The position numbers and the translations under genes were made by a program. Shown in pieces: positions 49,910 through 59,657 of a stretch of 64,000 nt of DNA. Under the pieces are notes generated by a model, which saw only the letters and a list, made by a program, of their open reading frames with translations, was not told the origin of the DNA and made no database searches. Source of the stretch: Spirochaetia bacterium. Its GTDB lineage: Bacteria > Spirochaetota > Spirochaetia > SZUA-6 > Bin103. The first letter of the stretch is position 1; each line of letters opens with the position of its first letter. The stretch spans positions 4,608,001 to 4,672,000 of the forward strand of contig CBDBDQ010000005.1 of assembly GCA_965203905.1 (NCBI GenBank), read 5' to 3'.

Positions 49910-50278
49910 GTGAGACGCTCCCGCGGCGGCGACGGTTTCGTCTACTCCAGTGAGCAGGGGCGGCTGTGCCCGCGCTGCGGCAGGGCCGTTGCCGAGTGTG
50001 TCTGTGCCGGCGAGCGGCGGCAGCGGCGGCCCTCCGCCGGCGGCCCGGTACGGGTGAGCCGCCAGACCAAGGGGCGCAAGGGCAAGGGGGTGACCGTGAT
50101 CACCGGTCTTCCGCTGAGCGACGCGGAGCTCGCCGAGTTGGGAGCCGCCCTCAAGCGCCGCTGCGGCTCGGGCGGTACGGTCAAGGCGGGGTGCATAGAG
50201 ATTCAGGGCGACCACCGCGATGTGATCGTGGCCGAGCTTGCGGCGCGGGGCTGGGCGGCCAAGCGCGCGGGAGGCTGA
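49910..50278 (+). CDS. yciH: Translation initiation factor SUI1/eIF1-like protein
   Basis: CPRC…C.C, KGRKGKGVTVITG, LKRRCGSGGTVK, IEIQGDHRD. Confidence 0.93.
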   Translation: MRRSRGGDGFVYSSEQGRLCPRCGRAVAECVCAGERRQRRPSAGGPVRVSRQTKGRKGKGVTVITGLPLSDAELAELGAALKRRCGSGGTVKAGCIEIQGDHRDVIVAELAARGWAAKRAGG

Positions 50279-51718
50279 CTACCGGCTCGGCGGAGAGGGA
50301 GTGAACCAGACGCGGGTGACGGCGCTGAAGCCGCTGGTTCCGGACTTGCGCGCCAGGATGGCGAAACCGGCCGCCACCAGCGCGAGGTAGCACAGCAGCA
50401 CGGCCAGCGCTATGAAGTACAGGTTGGAGTTGCCGGTGGCGTAGGCCAGGGCCGGGAAGCCCATGATCAGGATCAGGGGCAGCACCAGGAAGAAGGTGAG
50501 CGCTGAGGCGTACATGTAATCGGACGCTGCGGGGGTCTTGAACTCCGGGTCGAGGGCGCGCAGCAGCGCCAGTCCGGTGCTCAGGGTGCCGGTGAGGGCT
50601 CCCCAGAACAGGATGACACGCTCGAAGGCATGGTCGTGGGCGAACAGCCGCGAGCTGAGCCAGAGGATGGTCAGCGCGGCCACGCCCGCCACCAACCCCG
50701 CGAACACCACGATCGGCAGCCAGTTGGCGCGCACCAGGGTCAGCGAGATGGCGCCCAGGGCGGCGGCTACCATGAAGTCCACCGCGCTGCCGCTGATGCG
50801 GGTAAGCCCGCGTTGCTCCAGTAGATAGCCGCGTCCCGTGGCGCCCAGCAGGGCCTTGACCAGCAGCGCCACCAGCAGGCCGAACACGAACGTGATCCCC
50901 CAGAGGCCTTCGCCGACCTGCGCCACGGCGCCGCCCATCGGCACCAGCAGCGCGGTGAGGCCGCGCAGCAGCAGGTGGGTGACCAGGTACACCGCGAACA
51001 CCGCGGCCAGCATCAATGACAGGGTATCGATCGCCTCGCTGTGGGTGGTCTGGCGGAGCCCGACCGGCTGCTCGTCACGTGGCGCCAGCAGACCGCTGTG
51101 GGAGCGCCGGGCCTGGATCTGCTGCGGGCTCAGATCGACGTAGCGGCGCCGCAGGCCGAGGTTGATCAGCCACACGCCGCCGAAGCAGGCCACCAGAAAG
51201 CCGATCGCACCGAAGATCAGGCCCAGCCCGCCGGCGCCGGCAAAGCCCTGGTCCTGCCAGCTCAGGCCGATCGAGAACGCCTGTCCCGGTCCCAGCGTGT
51301 AGCCCAGGGTGACCAGGAAGCCGTAACTCGGAAACAGCGCCGGAAGCAGCGGCAACCCGATGAACAGGAAGGTAAGCGCGTAGCCGAGCAGTCCCTGGAT
51401 GGTGAACTGGGAGATGATCACGGTGGCGGTGCCGAGTACCGCCAGCGACTGCCGCCGTCGCCGCGGGGTGGGCCGCAGCGCGATGGCGATGAAGGTGATG
51501 TTGAGCAGGTGGAACACCAGGTTCTCCAGGCCCTGCCGGCCGATCCCCAGGTGCGGCGCGATCCAGTTGTAGAACGGCAGCAGCAACAGCCCGGCGATGA
51601 TGGCGTTGGGGATCAGGTAGGCCTGGAAGAAGCGGACCCTGGCCCGGATCAGTGTCGCCGCGCACAGCGCCAGGGCGATGATCCCCAGGTCGATGAACAG
51701 TGACCACTCGAAGTTCAC
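50279..51718 (-). CDS. Sodium/glutamate symporter (GltS/ESS family)
   Basis: About 12 TM segments, IPNAIIAG, LGPGQA, WGALTGTLSTGLALLRALDPEFKT. Confidence 0.85.
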   Translation of the reverse strand: MNFEWSLFIDLGIIALALCAATLIRARVRFFQAYLIPNAIIAGLLLLPFYNWIAPHLGIGRQGLENLVFHLLNITFIAIALRPTPRRRRQSLAVLGTATVIISQFTIQGLLGYALTFLFIGLPLLPALFPSYGFLVTLGYTLGPGQAFSIGLSWQDQGFAGAGGLGLIFGAIGFLVACFGGVWLINLGLRRRYVDLSPQQIQARRSHSGLLAPRDEQPVGLRQTTHSEAIDTLSLMLAAVFAVYLVTHLLLRGLTALLVPMGGAVAQVGEGLWGITFVFGLLVALLVKALLGATGRGYLLEQRGLTRISGSAVDFMVAAALGAISLTLVRANWLPIVVFAGLVAGVAALTILWLSSRLFAHDHAFERVILFWGALTGTLSTGLALLRALDPEFKTPAASDYMYASALTFFLVLPLILIMGFPALAYATGNSNLYFIALAVLLCYLALVAAGFAILARKSGTSGFSAVTRVWFTPSPPSR

Positions 51719-51765
51719 GCCGGTAAGGGTAGCAGGAACGTGGTCCCGTGGTGGCGGTTACAACT

Positions 51766-51790
51766 GTTACCCCGGCGTGGCCGGGGTAAC
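51766..51790. promoter_or_regulatory. Perfect inverted repeat (hairpin or operator) upstream of the symporter
   Basis: GTTACCCCGGC-GTG-GCCGGGGTAAC, 11-bp stem, no clear U-tract. Confidence 0.45.
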
Positions 51791-51793
51791 CGC

Positions 51794-52024
51794 TCAACTC
51801 GCGTCGCGCTTGGGGCGGCGCCGGGTCTTGGCGGAGCGCGCCTGCCGCAGGCGCTGCGGACCCTGCCTGCGCAGCTTGGCGAAGGACTGGTAGAGGGCCT
51901 CCAGGCGGTCCAGCAGGAGCTGATCCACGATCAGCTCCTGGTCCGCAGCCGCCTCCTCGAGATGGGCGACGTAGTCGCGCACCCTGGTGTTGACGTTGGC
52001 GGCCGGGTGCTCAGCGCCACTCAT
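51794..52024 (-). CDS. Small hypothetical protein
   Basis: 76 aa; ATG overlaps the end of the upstream gene; helical N-half and basic tail. Confidence 0.45.
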   Translation of the reverse strand: MSGAEHPAANVNTRVRDYVAHLEEAAADQELIVDQLLLDRLEALYQSFAKLRRQGPQRLRQARSAKTRRRPKRDAS

Positions 52025-53654
52025 CGATCGACACCGTTTTCTGGTAGCTGTTGCCGAAGATGCGCCAATAGCCGTTGGTCTCGCCGCCCACCACGACCAC
52101 GTGAATGTGGTCGCGCGGGAAGATGGGAATCAGTTCGTCGTCCGCCGCCGCCAGCCAGGTGGCGTAGGGCTCCTCTCCCAGCAGGGCGCGGGGATACACG
52201 TAGTTCTGCACGAGCTGGTAGTCCCAGTACACCTGCGCCTCCATGCGCGCGTTCTCGTAGATCCAGTCGATCAGCTTCTCCTTGGTGTCGAAGCCGCCAC
52301 GGTCCACGAACAGCCGTGCCGCGATCGGGTCCAGCACCAGGGTGGGCGGGCTGTGCGGATTCATGCCGCGCAGCAGGTTGCGTACGTGTTGCTGCCAGTG
52401 CTTCTGGCGCAATCCGAGATGAAACGAGGTGGAGCGGTTGCCGGCGAACAGGCTCACCGCGCTCGCATCGGGGGCGAAGCCGTGCTGGACGTGAAACGGT
52501 TGCCACGGGCTTGCCTCCTCGTTCTCGGCGAAGGTCAGGCTGCCGTAGGCGTAGCCGTTGCCCTGCGAGCCGAGGTAGGTCACCTGGGGCTCGGATCCGC
52601 CCTGCAGGTTCTGCGACAGCAGGCCGTACGCGCGGCCGATAGCGGCGTTGGCATGGTTGTACGGACCCAGGGCCCCGAGGCCACTGTTCATGCCGATCTG
52701 GTCCCGGATCGGGCCGTTCACCACCGCCATCCCGGCGGCCGAGCTGGTGGTGCTGTGGCGCGCCGAGATTCCGCTCGCCGCCAGTGCCAGGATCACCGGA
52801 AAGAACGCCGGCTCCGCACCCGCCATCACGGCGTTCACCGCCACCTTCTCCACGGTGTACTCCCACGCCTCGCGGGTCCCGGTGGGGCGCATGCGGCCGA
52901 CCACCCGGTCCGCTGGCTGGCTGGTGCCGGCCAGCATCGCGGCCACCCGCTCCTCGGTGGGCAGGACGATGGGGAGCTGGTCGGTCCAGCCCTGCTCGCG
53001 AAACTGGCGCTGCAGGCTCTCTTCGCTGGCCGGCTCGACGAAGCGCGGCGTGCTGCGGTCGAACCTGACCTGGGCCGCCTCCTCGGCGGACACCTGCCGG
53101 GTGATCCCCTCGATCACCTCGTTCATGAACGGCCGCCCGGTGATCGCATCCGCGCCGTCCACGTAGGCGCGCAACTCGGCCGGCGACTTGCCCATCACCG
53201 GCTGGCGCACGAAGGCGAAACGCTGCCGCGGCATGCCCTGCTGCTGGCAGGAGGCGCGCACCAGGTGCTCGAACACGTGGGTCTGCAGGGAGGAGGTGGG
53301 AACGCCGTACTCGGTCTCGAGGATGAAGCATTGGCCGGCGACCGCCGGCGCGCAGGTGCTTCAATGCCCCACGCCGACGATCGCGGCGTCCCCCTTGGCG
53401 CGGATCTCGTCGTACAGGTCCGGGTCGCGATCGGTGTACACGCCCGCCTTGCTGCGCAGCTCGGTGTGCACCGCCGGCATGTGCTCGGCGAACCAGTCGC
53501 GCATCTGCTCCATCAGGATGTCGGCGTCGTCGAAGCGGCAGTCCACCAGGTAGACCGTTTTTCCGTCCAGCGTCGCCGGCCGCGGAGCCATGCCCACCGA
53601 CTCGATCCGGGGAGGGTAACCCATCGGGTGGTAAGCTTTTACGTGTCCTGGCAT
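52011..53654 (-). CDS. UGSC-family selenoprotein (UxxC) fused to a large C-terminal domain; Sec at TGA 53361-53363
   Basis: Track ORFs 53361-53666 and 52011-53276 are in frame with no other stop between them: …AAIVGVGH-TGA-STCAPAVAGQC…EYGVP…. GGGAGG RBS before ATG 53654; SECIS-like hairpin follows the TGA. Confidence 0.85.
53324..53363 (-). promoter_or_regulatory. Bacterial SECIS-like stem-loop
   Basis: UGAAGCA…UGCUUCA outer stem (7 bp) and GCCGGC-GGUC-GCCGGC apical hairpin starting 11 nt after the UGA, with a G-containing loop. Confidence 0.75.
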
Positions 53655-53836
53655 AGGCCCTCCCAAGGATCGTTCTCGGCGCCGCGGCGATGGCCGCCAC
53701 CCGCTCTATGTTAGCGAAGTGTGAGCGTCCGTCAAGCAGGCGTCGGATGCATCCGGACAGGACCGGCGGGCAGCGTCCTCCGGGCGCACCCCTTGCGCCC
53801 TTGACGTCCGCTCGGGAGGCTGCGACCTTGTGTGGG

Positions 53837-55093
53837 ATGTCGCAACGTACCGCTCCCCGACCTGCTGCTCCGTCCCGATCCGCTCCCGCCTCCCTCCCTG
53901 CGCCGTGGCTGGCGCTGGCGCTGGTCGCCGCCGGGCTGGCGCTGGCGGTGCTGCTGACGCACAACTACCACCGGCATCTGCTGGCCGGCCAGGTCAGCGG
54001 CTGTTCGATCTCGGAGTACGTGGATTGCGACCGGGTAAGCGAGTCGCCGTTCGCGGCCGTGGCCGGGGTGCCGATTTCGGCGCTGGCGATCGCGGCATAC
54101 GGCGCTCTCGGGATATTGCTGGCGTTGCCGCTGCTAGCCCCGTTTCGGCGCCTCGCCAGTGTCAACCTGGATATCGCCTTGGTCCTGGGAGCGGCGGCTA
54201 CGCTGGTGGCACTCGCCCTGGCGGCGGTGGCGGCGCTGGTGATCCGTGCGCTGTGCATCTACTGTGCGTTGCTGCAGGTGGTCACCATTGCCCTGTTCCT
54301 GGTGCTGCTCTGGTGGCGGCGACAGCAGCGGGCGCACAGCGGCGGCCGGCAGCTGCGCGGTGTGGGGCAGGGCGTCGGTTCCGCGGTTCTGGCTCTGGCG
54401 GCCGGCGCCGTGGTGGCCGGAGTCGCACATCTCGGCTTCGAGTCCAGTGCCCTGGCCGTCGCCGACCGCGCGGTCAGCGCCGCGGCCCTGGCCCAGGTGT
54501 CGCCCTACCTGAGCCGCAACGCCTTCAGCTTCGACATCACCGATTCCCCCGGCGTGGGACCGGCGGACGCTCCGGTGCAGCTCGTGGTGTTCGGCGACTA
54601 CAACTGCTCCCACTGCCGCCACTTCGATCCCGAGGCACTGCAGTTGGCGGACGACTTTCCCGGCGACGTGCGCGTGGTGTTCAAGTTCTTCCCGCTGGAC
54701 GCTACCTGCAACCGCTACATGGGGCCGCAGCAGCGCAGCAGCTCCTGCCTCGCCGCCGCCGCGGCGTACGCCGCGTACCAGCACGACCAGTTCCTGGACT
54801 ATCATCTGCTACTGTTCGAGCACTTCCAGAACCACGCGCCGCAACGCCTGTTGGCCAACGCTGAAGAAGCCGGTATCGAGGACCAGGAGGGGTTTCTCGC
54901 CGCCATCCAGAGCGAGGAGACGCTACGCGTCATCCAGCGCGACATCGACGAGGGTGCCCGCGGCGGGGTGCAGGGCACTCCCACGGTATTCGTCAACGGG
55001 CGCCGGCTGGAGACCGGGCGCCTGCCCGCGGGAGCCACCCGCTACGAGGTGCTGGTGCACGAGATTCGAGCCCTGCTGCGCGCCGCGCTTTAG
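53837..55093 (+). CDS. Vitamin K epoxide reductase (VKOR) fused to a DsbA/thioredoxin domain
   Basis: GCSISEYVDCDRV…S loop, CIYC, then GPADAPVQLVVFGDYNCSHC, FKFFPL, GVQGTPTVFVNG. Confidence 0.9.
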   Translation: MSQRTAPRPAAPSRSAPASLPAPWLALALVAAGLALAVLLTHNYHRHLLAGQVSGCSISEYVDCDRVSESPFAAVAGVPISALAIAAYGALGILLALPLLAPFRRLASVNLDIALVLGAAATLVALALAAVAALVIRALCIYCALLQVVTIALFLVLLWWRRQQRAHSGGRQLRGVGQGVGSAVLALAAGAVVAGVAHLGFESSALAVADRAVSAAALAQVSPYLSRNAFSFDITDSPGVGPADAPVQLVVFGDYNCSHCRHFDPEALQLADDFPGDVRVVFKFFPLDATCNRYMGPQQRSSSCLAAAAAYAAYQHDQFLDYHLLLFEHFQNHAPQRLLANAEEAGIEDQEGFLAAIQSEETLRVIQRDIDEGARGGVQGTPTVFVNGRRLETGRLPAGATRYEVLVHEIRALLRAAL

Positions 55094-55175
55094 GAGTCTG
55101 CAGGCATGCGCCAGAGGGGCCAGGCGCGACGCCGGCAGGCGGCGGGTTCGCGGCCGTAGGCGGTACCGCGCACCG

Positions 55176-55391
55176 GTGCTCGCGATCGACGTCCAGCGCC
55201 TCACCAAGACCTATGTAGTTCCGGAGCGCGAGGCGGGCCTGGCGGCGGCGTTGCGCCCGCAGGTGACGGCACGGCTGCTCGGTGACCTGCCGATCGCCGA
55301 CCTCACGGTGGAGGATCCCCCGATCGAGGACGTGATCGAACAGGTGTTCGCCGGCGCCCTGGACACCGCGCGGCGGACCGCTCCCGATTGA
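55176..55391 (+). pseudogene. ABC-2 ATPase gene with the whole nucleotide-binding core deleted
   Basis: Typical N-terminus IDVQRLTKTYVVPEREAGLAAALR joined in frame to typical C-terminus LPIADLTVEDPPIEDVIEQVF, with no Walker motifs, directly before two ABC-2 permeases. Confidence 0.8.
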
Positions 55392-55397
55392 ACAACC

Positions 55398-56189
55398 ATG
55401 CTGCGCATCTACTGGGTGTACCTGAAGACCGCGCTGGCGATGCAGTTTCAGTACCGCGCGGCGATGGCGATCTGGATGATCAACCGCATCGTCGAGCCCA
55501 CCGTGTTCCTGGTGGTGTGGGTCACCATCGCCAACGCCCGCGGCACCGTGGGCAGCTATGGAGCGGCAGACTTCGCCGCCTACTTCATCATCCTGATGGT
55601 GGTCAATCAGCTCACCTTCACCTGGATCATCTTCGAGTTCGAATGGCGCATTCGCAGCGGTGAGTTCTCGTCGATACTGCTCAGGCCGATCCACCCCATC
55701 CACAGCGACATCGCCGACAATCTGGGCTACAAGCTCCTGACCCTGGTGATCCTCCTGCCGGTGGCGGTGCTGCTGACCGTGCTGTTCCAACCGGCCTTCG
55801 AGCCGCGCCTGGTCTCGCTGGGACTCGCCGCGGTGTCGTTGGTAATTGCCTATTTCCTGCGCATGTTCGTCGACTGGGGGTTCGCGCTGAGCGGTTTCTG
55901 GACCACGCGCACCTCGGCGCTCAACCAGATCTACTTCCTGGTGATGCTGTTCTGCTCCGGACGGCTGGCGCCGCTGGAGCTGCTGCCGCATTGGCTGGAG
56001 CGCGTGTCCTGGTACCTGCCGTTCCGCTGGACCGGGTTCTTCACCGTGGAGTTGGCGTTGAATCGCCTGAGCCCTGCCGAGATCGCGGCCGGCTTCCGCA
56101 TGCAGGCGCTGTGGCTGGTGCTCGGCCTGCTGCTGATGCAGACGGTGTGGCGGCTGGGGGTGCGCAAGTACACGGCGGTGGGCTCGTAG
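55398..56189 (+). CDS. ABC-2 family permease (DUF990-type)
   Basis: QYRA, IRSGEFSSILLRPIHP, SGRLAPLELLP…LPF, C-terminal YTAVGS. Confidence 0.88.
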   Translation: MLRIYWVYLKTALAMQFQYRAAMAIWMINRIVEPTVFLVVWVTIANARGTVGSYGAADFAAYFIILMVVNQLTFTWIIFEFEWRIRSGEFSSILLRPIHPIHSDIADNLGYKLLTLVILLPVAVLLTVLFQPAFEPRLVSLGLAAVSLVIAYFLRMFVDWGFALSGFWTTRTSALNQIYFLVMLFCSGRLAPLELLPHWLERVSWYLPFRWTGFFTVELALNRLSPAEIAAGFRMQALWLVLGLLLMQTVWRLGVRKYTAVGS

Positions 56190-56975
56190 ATGCATCCGCT
56201 GCGGGTGACGTGGACGTTCTTGAAGATCGGGCTGCTGAACGAGTTCGCCTACCGCGCGAACCTCTATCTGCAACTGTTTCAGTCCGGGGTGGCGGTCGTG
56301 GGCGCGGTCGGCGGCCTGGTGGTGGTGTTCAACCACACCGATACCCTGGGCGGGTGGGGCCCCGACGAGGTGCTGGCGGTGCTCGGCGTGTACCTGCTGA
56401 TGGGGGCGGCCATGGGCGGCATCATCGAGCCGAGCATGCAGAAGCTGATGGAGGACGTGCGCCAGGGCACGCTCGACTACACCCTGACCAAGCCGGGCGA
56501 GGCACAGTTTCTGATCAGCGTCTCGGAGATTCGAGTCTGGCGGCTGGTCGACGTGGTGCTCGGACTGGCGGTGCTGGGTGTGGCCATGAGCCGGCGCGGC
56601 GCGACGCTGGGAGTGGGGGACGCGGCCCTGTTTCTGCTGATGCTGCTCGCCGGGGGCGCGATCGTCTACAGCTTCTTCCTGGCCTTGGCAGCGGTGTCGT
56701 TCTGGTTCCTGCGGATCGAGAACATCCTGGTGATCTTCGGAGACGTGTACCAGACGGCGCGCTGGCCGATCGGCATCTACCCGCAGTGGCTGCGTTTCAT
56801 CCTTACCTTCGTGGTGCCGGTGGCGATCGCCGTGACCGTGCCGGCGGAGGCGGTGGTGGGACGCCTCACCGGGACCCGCGTCGCGCTTGCGCTCGGCGTG
56901 GCGCTGTTCGCACTGGCGGCCTCGCGGCTGGTCTGGAGCCGCGGCCTGAAGCGCTACTCCGGCGCCTCCGCCTGA
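56190..56975 (+). CDS. ABC-2 family permease (DUF990-type)
   Basis: AYRAN, VRQGTLDYTLTKP, RWPIGIYP, C-terminal RYSGASA. Confidence 0.88.
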   Translation: MHPLRVTWTFLKIGLLNEFAYRANLYLQLFQSGVAVVGAVGGLVVVFNHTDTLGGWGPDEVLAVLGVYLLMGAAMGGIIEPSMQKLMEDVRQGTLDYTLTKPGEAQFLISVSEIRVWRLVDVVLGLAVLGVAMSRRGATLGVGDAALFLLMLLAGGAIVYSFFLALAAVSFWFLRIENILVIFGDVYQTARWPIGIYPQWLRFILTFVVPVAIAVTVPAEAVVGRLTGTRVALALGVALFALAASRLVWSRGLKRYSGASA

Positions 56976-57037
56976 ACCGATTGAACCGATCGCAAGCGGT
57001 TGCGGCGTCGCTTCTCTCACGCCACAATGCGGGTCCC

Positions 57038-58096
57038 ATGATTGACTTGCGCAGCGACACGGTGACTCATCCCAGCGAGCAGATGCGCCGTGCCATGTAC
57101 GACGCCGAGCTCGGCGACGACGTCTACGGCGATGACCCCACGGTCAACCGCCTGCAGGAACAGTCGGCGGTGCTGCTGGGCAAGGAGGCGGGACTGTTCG
57201 TCGCCTCCGGTACCCAGGGCAACCTGGTGTCGGTGCTGTCGCACGCGGCGCGCGGCGACGAAGTGCTGGTCGGCGACCAGTGCCACGTGTTCAACAACGA
57301 GGCAGGCGGGGCGTCCGTGCTGGGTGGCCTGGTGTTGTACCCCATCGCCACCAACGCGTACGGGGAGTTGGCGCCGGAGCTGATCGCCGCGGCGGTCAAG
57401 CCGCACGACTACCACCGCCCCCGCACCCGCCTGCTGTGCATCGAGAACACCCACAACGCCAGCTCCGGGCGGGCGTTGGACCGCGCCCAGACCGCGACCA
57501 TGGTGGATGCCGCGCGCGCGGCCGGCCTCGCCGTGCACCTGGACGGTGCGCGCCTGTTCAACGCGGCGGTAGCGCTGGGAGTGCCGGCGGCGGAGCTGGC
57601 GGCAGACGTGGATTCGGTCACGTTCTGTCTCTCCAAGGGGCTCGCCTGCCCCGTGGGCAGCGTGGTCTGCGGCAGCCGCGAGTTCATCGCAGAGGCTACC
57701 CGCTGGCGCAAGATGCTGGGCGCCGGCATGCGCCAGGTAGGAGTGCTGGCGGCGGCGGGACTGGTAGCCATGGAGACGATGATCGAGCGGCTGGCCGAAG
57801 ACCACGCCAACGCCGCGGCACTGGCGCGCGGCCTGGCCCGGTTCGAGGCCGTCGAGCTGGATCCCGACCTGATCCAGACCAACATCGTGCGCTTCGGGGT
57901 CCCCTCGGGGAGAGGGGTCGAGATCGCCGCGGAGCTGCACCGCGCCGGCGTGCTGATCAACTCCGGGGCGTCGGAGCTGCGCATGGTCACCCACTACGGG
58001 ATCACGGCTGCGGACATCACCGCCACCATCGAGGCGATGCGCGCCGCGCTCGCCGCCGTGGGCCTGGAGCCGGTCGCGGTGCCGGCGGCCGGCTGA
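57038..58096 (+). CDS. ltaE: Low-specificity L-threonine aldolase
   Basis: MIDLRSDTVT, GDDVYGDDP, SGTQGN, IENTHN, HLDGARLFNA, CLSKGL, GMRQVG. Confidence 0.95.
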   Translation: MIDLRSDTVTHPSEQMRRAMYDAELGDDVYGDDPTVNRLQEQSAVLLGKEAGLFVASGTQGNLVSVLSHAARGDEVLVGDQCHVFNNEAGGASVLGGLVLYPIATNAYGELAPELIAAAVKPHDYHRPRTRLLCIENTHNASSGRALDRAQTATMVDAARAAGLAVHLDGARLFNAAVALGVPAAELAADVDSVTFCLSKGLACPVGSVVCGSREFIAEATRWRKMLGAGMRQVGVLAAAGLVAMETMIERLAEDHANAAALARGLARFEAVELDPDLIQTNIVRFGVPSGRGVEIAAELHRAGVLINSGASELRMVTHYGITAADITATIEAMRAALAAVGLEPVAVPAAG

Positions 58097-58121
58097 GGCT
58101 ACCGGCCGAGCGCCGGGGCGA

Positions 58122-59657
58122 TCAGCCGGCCTCCCACGGCCGGTAGTTGACTCCGAGCAGGTCCAGCAATTGCCGGTGCGCGCGCAGGCGTTCCTCGAAG
58201 CCAGCGGCCGAGCGCCTCACGGCCGGAGTCCAGCCCACTTCGGCCAGTGCCAGGGCGCGCGGGAAGGCCATGTACTCCACCTGCTCTTCGCTCGGGATGT
58301 ACTCGGTCCAGACGTTTCCCTGCACGCCCAGCACGTGGGCCGCGCGGGCGGCATCGATGGCGGGAGGGACAGGCTCGAAGTCGTAGACCTGCCGCAGCGG
58401 CAGGTAGCCACCGATCGCCGGCGGTTCGGCCGCGGTGTCGCGTGACTGGTAGTAGTCGAAGTAACAGTGGGTATTGGGGGACATCACCACGTCGTGGCCG
58501 CTGCTGGCGGCGGCGACCCCGCCGTCGATCCCGCGCCAGCTCATCACCGTAGCGCCCGGTGCCAAGCCGCCTTCCAGTATCTCGTCCCAACCGACCAGAC
58601 GCCGGCCGCGGGCGGCGAGCCACCGTTCGATGCGCCGGATGAACCAGCTCTGCAGCTCGTCCTCGTCGCGCAGCCCCTCGGCGGCGCGGCGCTCCTGGCA
58701 GTGCGGGCACGCGCGCCAGCTTCGCTTGGGGCATTCATCTCCGCCGACGTGGATGAAGCGGCTCGGAAACAGCTCCAGCACCTCGCTCAGCACCTCCTCC
58801 AGGAAGGCGAACGTGGACTCCCGCCCGGCACACAGCACCTCGCTCCTGATCCCCCAACTGGTGCCCACCTCGTAACCGGAGCCGCGGCAGCCGAGCTCCG
58901 GGTAGCTGGCCAGCGCCGCCAGCGCGTGACCGGGCATTTCGATCTCGGGCACCACCGTGATGCCGCGCGCCGCCGCATAGGCTACCACCCGCCGCACCTC
59001 GTCCTGGGTGTAGTGGCCGGCATAGGGCGTGCCGTCCGACTGGTGGCGGTCGTGGGGCAGGGGCGTGGCACTGCGCCGGGAGCCGACCTCGGTCAACCGC
59101 GGCCGGGATCGTATCTCGATCCGCCAGCCCTGGTCGTCGGTCAGGTGCCAATGGAAGGTGTTGAGCTTGTACAGCGCCATCAGGTCGAGCAGGCGCTCGA
59201 TGAAGGTCACCGGAAAGAAGTGTCGCGCCACGTCGAGGTGCAGGCCGCGCCAGGCGAAACGGGGCCGGTCGCGAATGGTCACTGCCGGCAGGCTGGCCGC
59301 CGGCCCGGTGTCGAGGGCGAGCAACTGGCACACCGTCTGCACCCCCCACAGCACGCCGTGCCGGCCGCCCCCGGTGACCGTGGCGCGCTTCGACGTGACC
59401 GTCAGCTCGTAACCCTCGCTGCCGAGATCGGAGCGCGTGCCGTCCACCGCCAGCGCTATCGTATCGGGCCCCGGCGTACCCCGGGTGTCGCCCACCGGAC
59501 GCGGCTCGCCCGCTACCGGCGGCAGCAGCGCCGCAAGCAACTCCGCGGCGGCGTGGCTTTCCGCGTCGGCCAGCACGGCGCTGCGATGGCTGACGCGCAG
59601 GTGCCGGGAGCCCATCGCCAGCTCCGCCGGCCGCGGGATCAGCGCCGGTTCAATCAT
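58122..59657 (-). CDS. Beta-N-acetylhexosaminidase (GH20)
   Basis: PRFAWRGLHLDVARHF, HWHLTDDQGWR, PEIEMPGH, HVGGDE, GWDE, WTEY. Start ATG 59657. Confidence 0.95.
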   Translation of the reverse strand: MIEPALIPRPAELAMGSRHLRVSHRSAVLADAESHAAAELLAALLPPVAGEPRPVGDTRGTPGPDTIALAVDGTRSDLGSEGYELTVTSKRATVTGGGRHGVLWGVQTVCQLLALDTGPAASLPAVTIRDRPRFAWRGLHLDVARHFFPVTFIERLLDLMALYKLNTFHWHLTDDQGWRIEIRSRPRLTEVGSRRSATPLPHDRHQSDGTPYAGHYTQDEVRRVVAYAAARGITVVPEIEMPGHALAALASYPELGCRGSGYEVGTSWGIRSEVLCAGRESTFAFLEEVLSEVLELFPSRFIHVGGDECPKRSWRACPHCQERRAAEGLRDEDELQSWFIRRIERWLAARGRRLVGWDEILEGGLAPGATVMSWRGIDGGVAAASSGHDVVMSPNTHCYFDYYQSRDTAAEPPAIGGYLPLRQVYDFEPVPPAIDAARAAHVLGVQGNVWTEYIPSEEQVEYMAFPRALALAEVGWTPAVRRSAAGFEERLRAHRQLLDLLGVNYRPWEAG

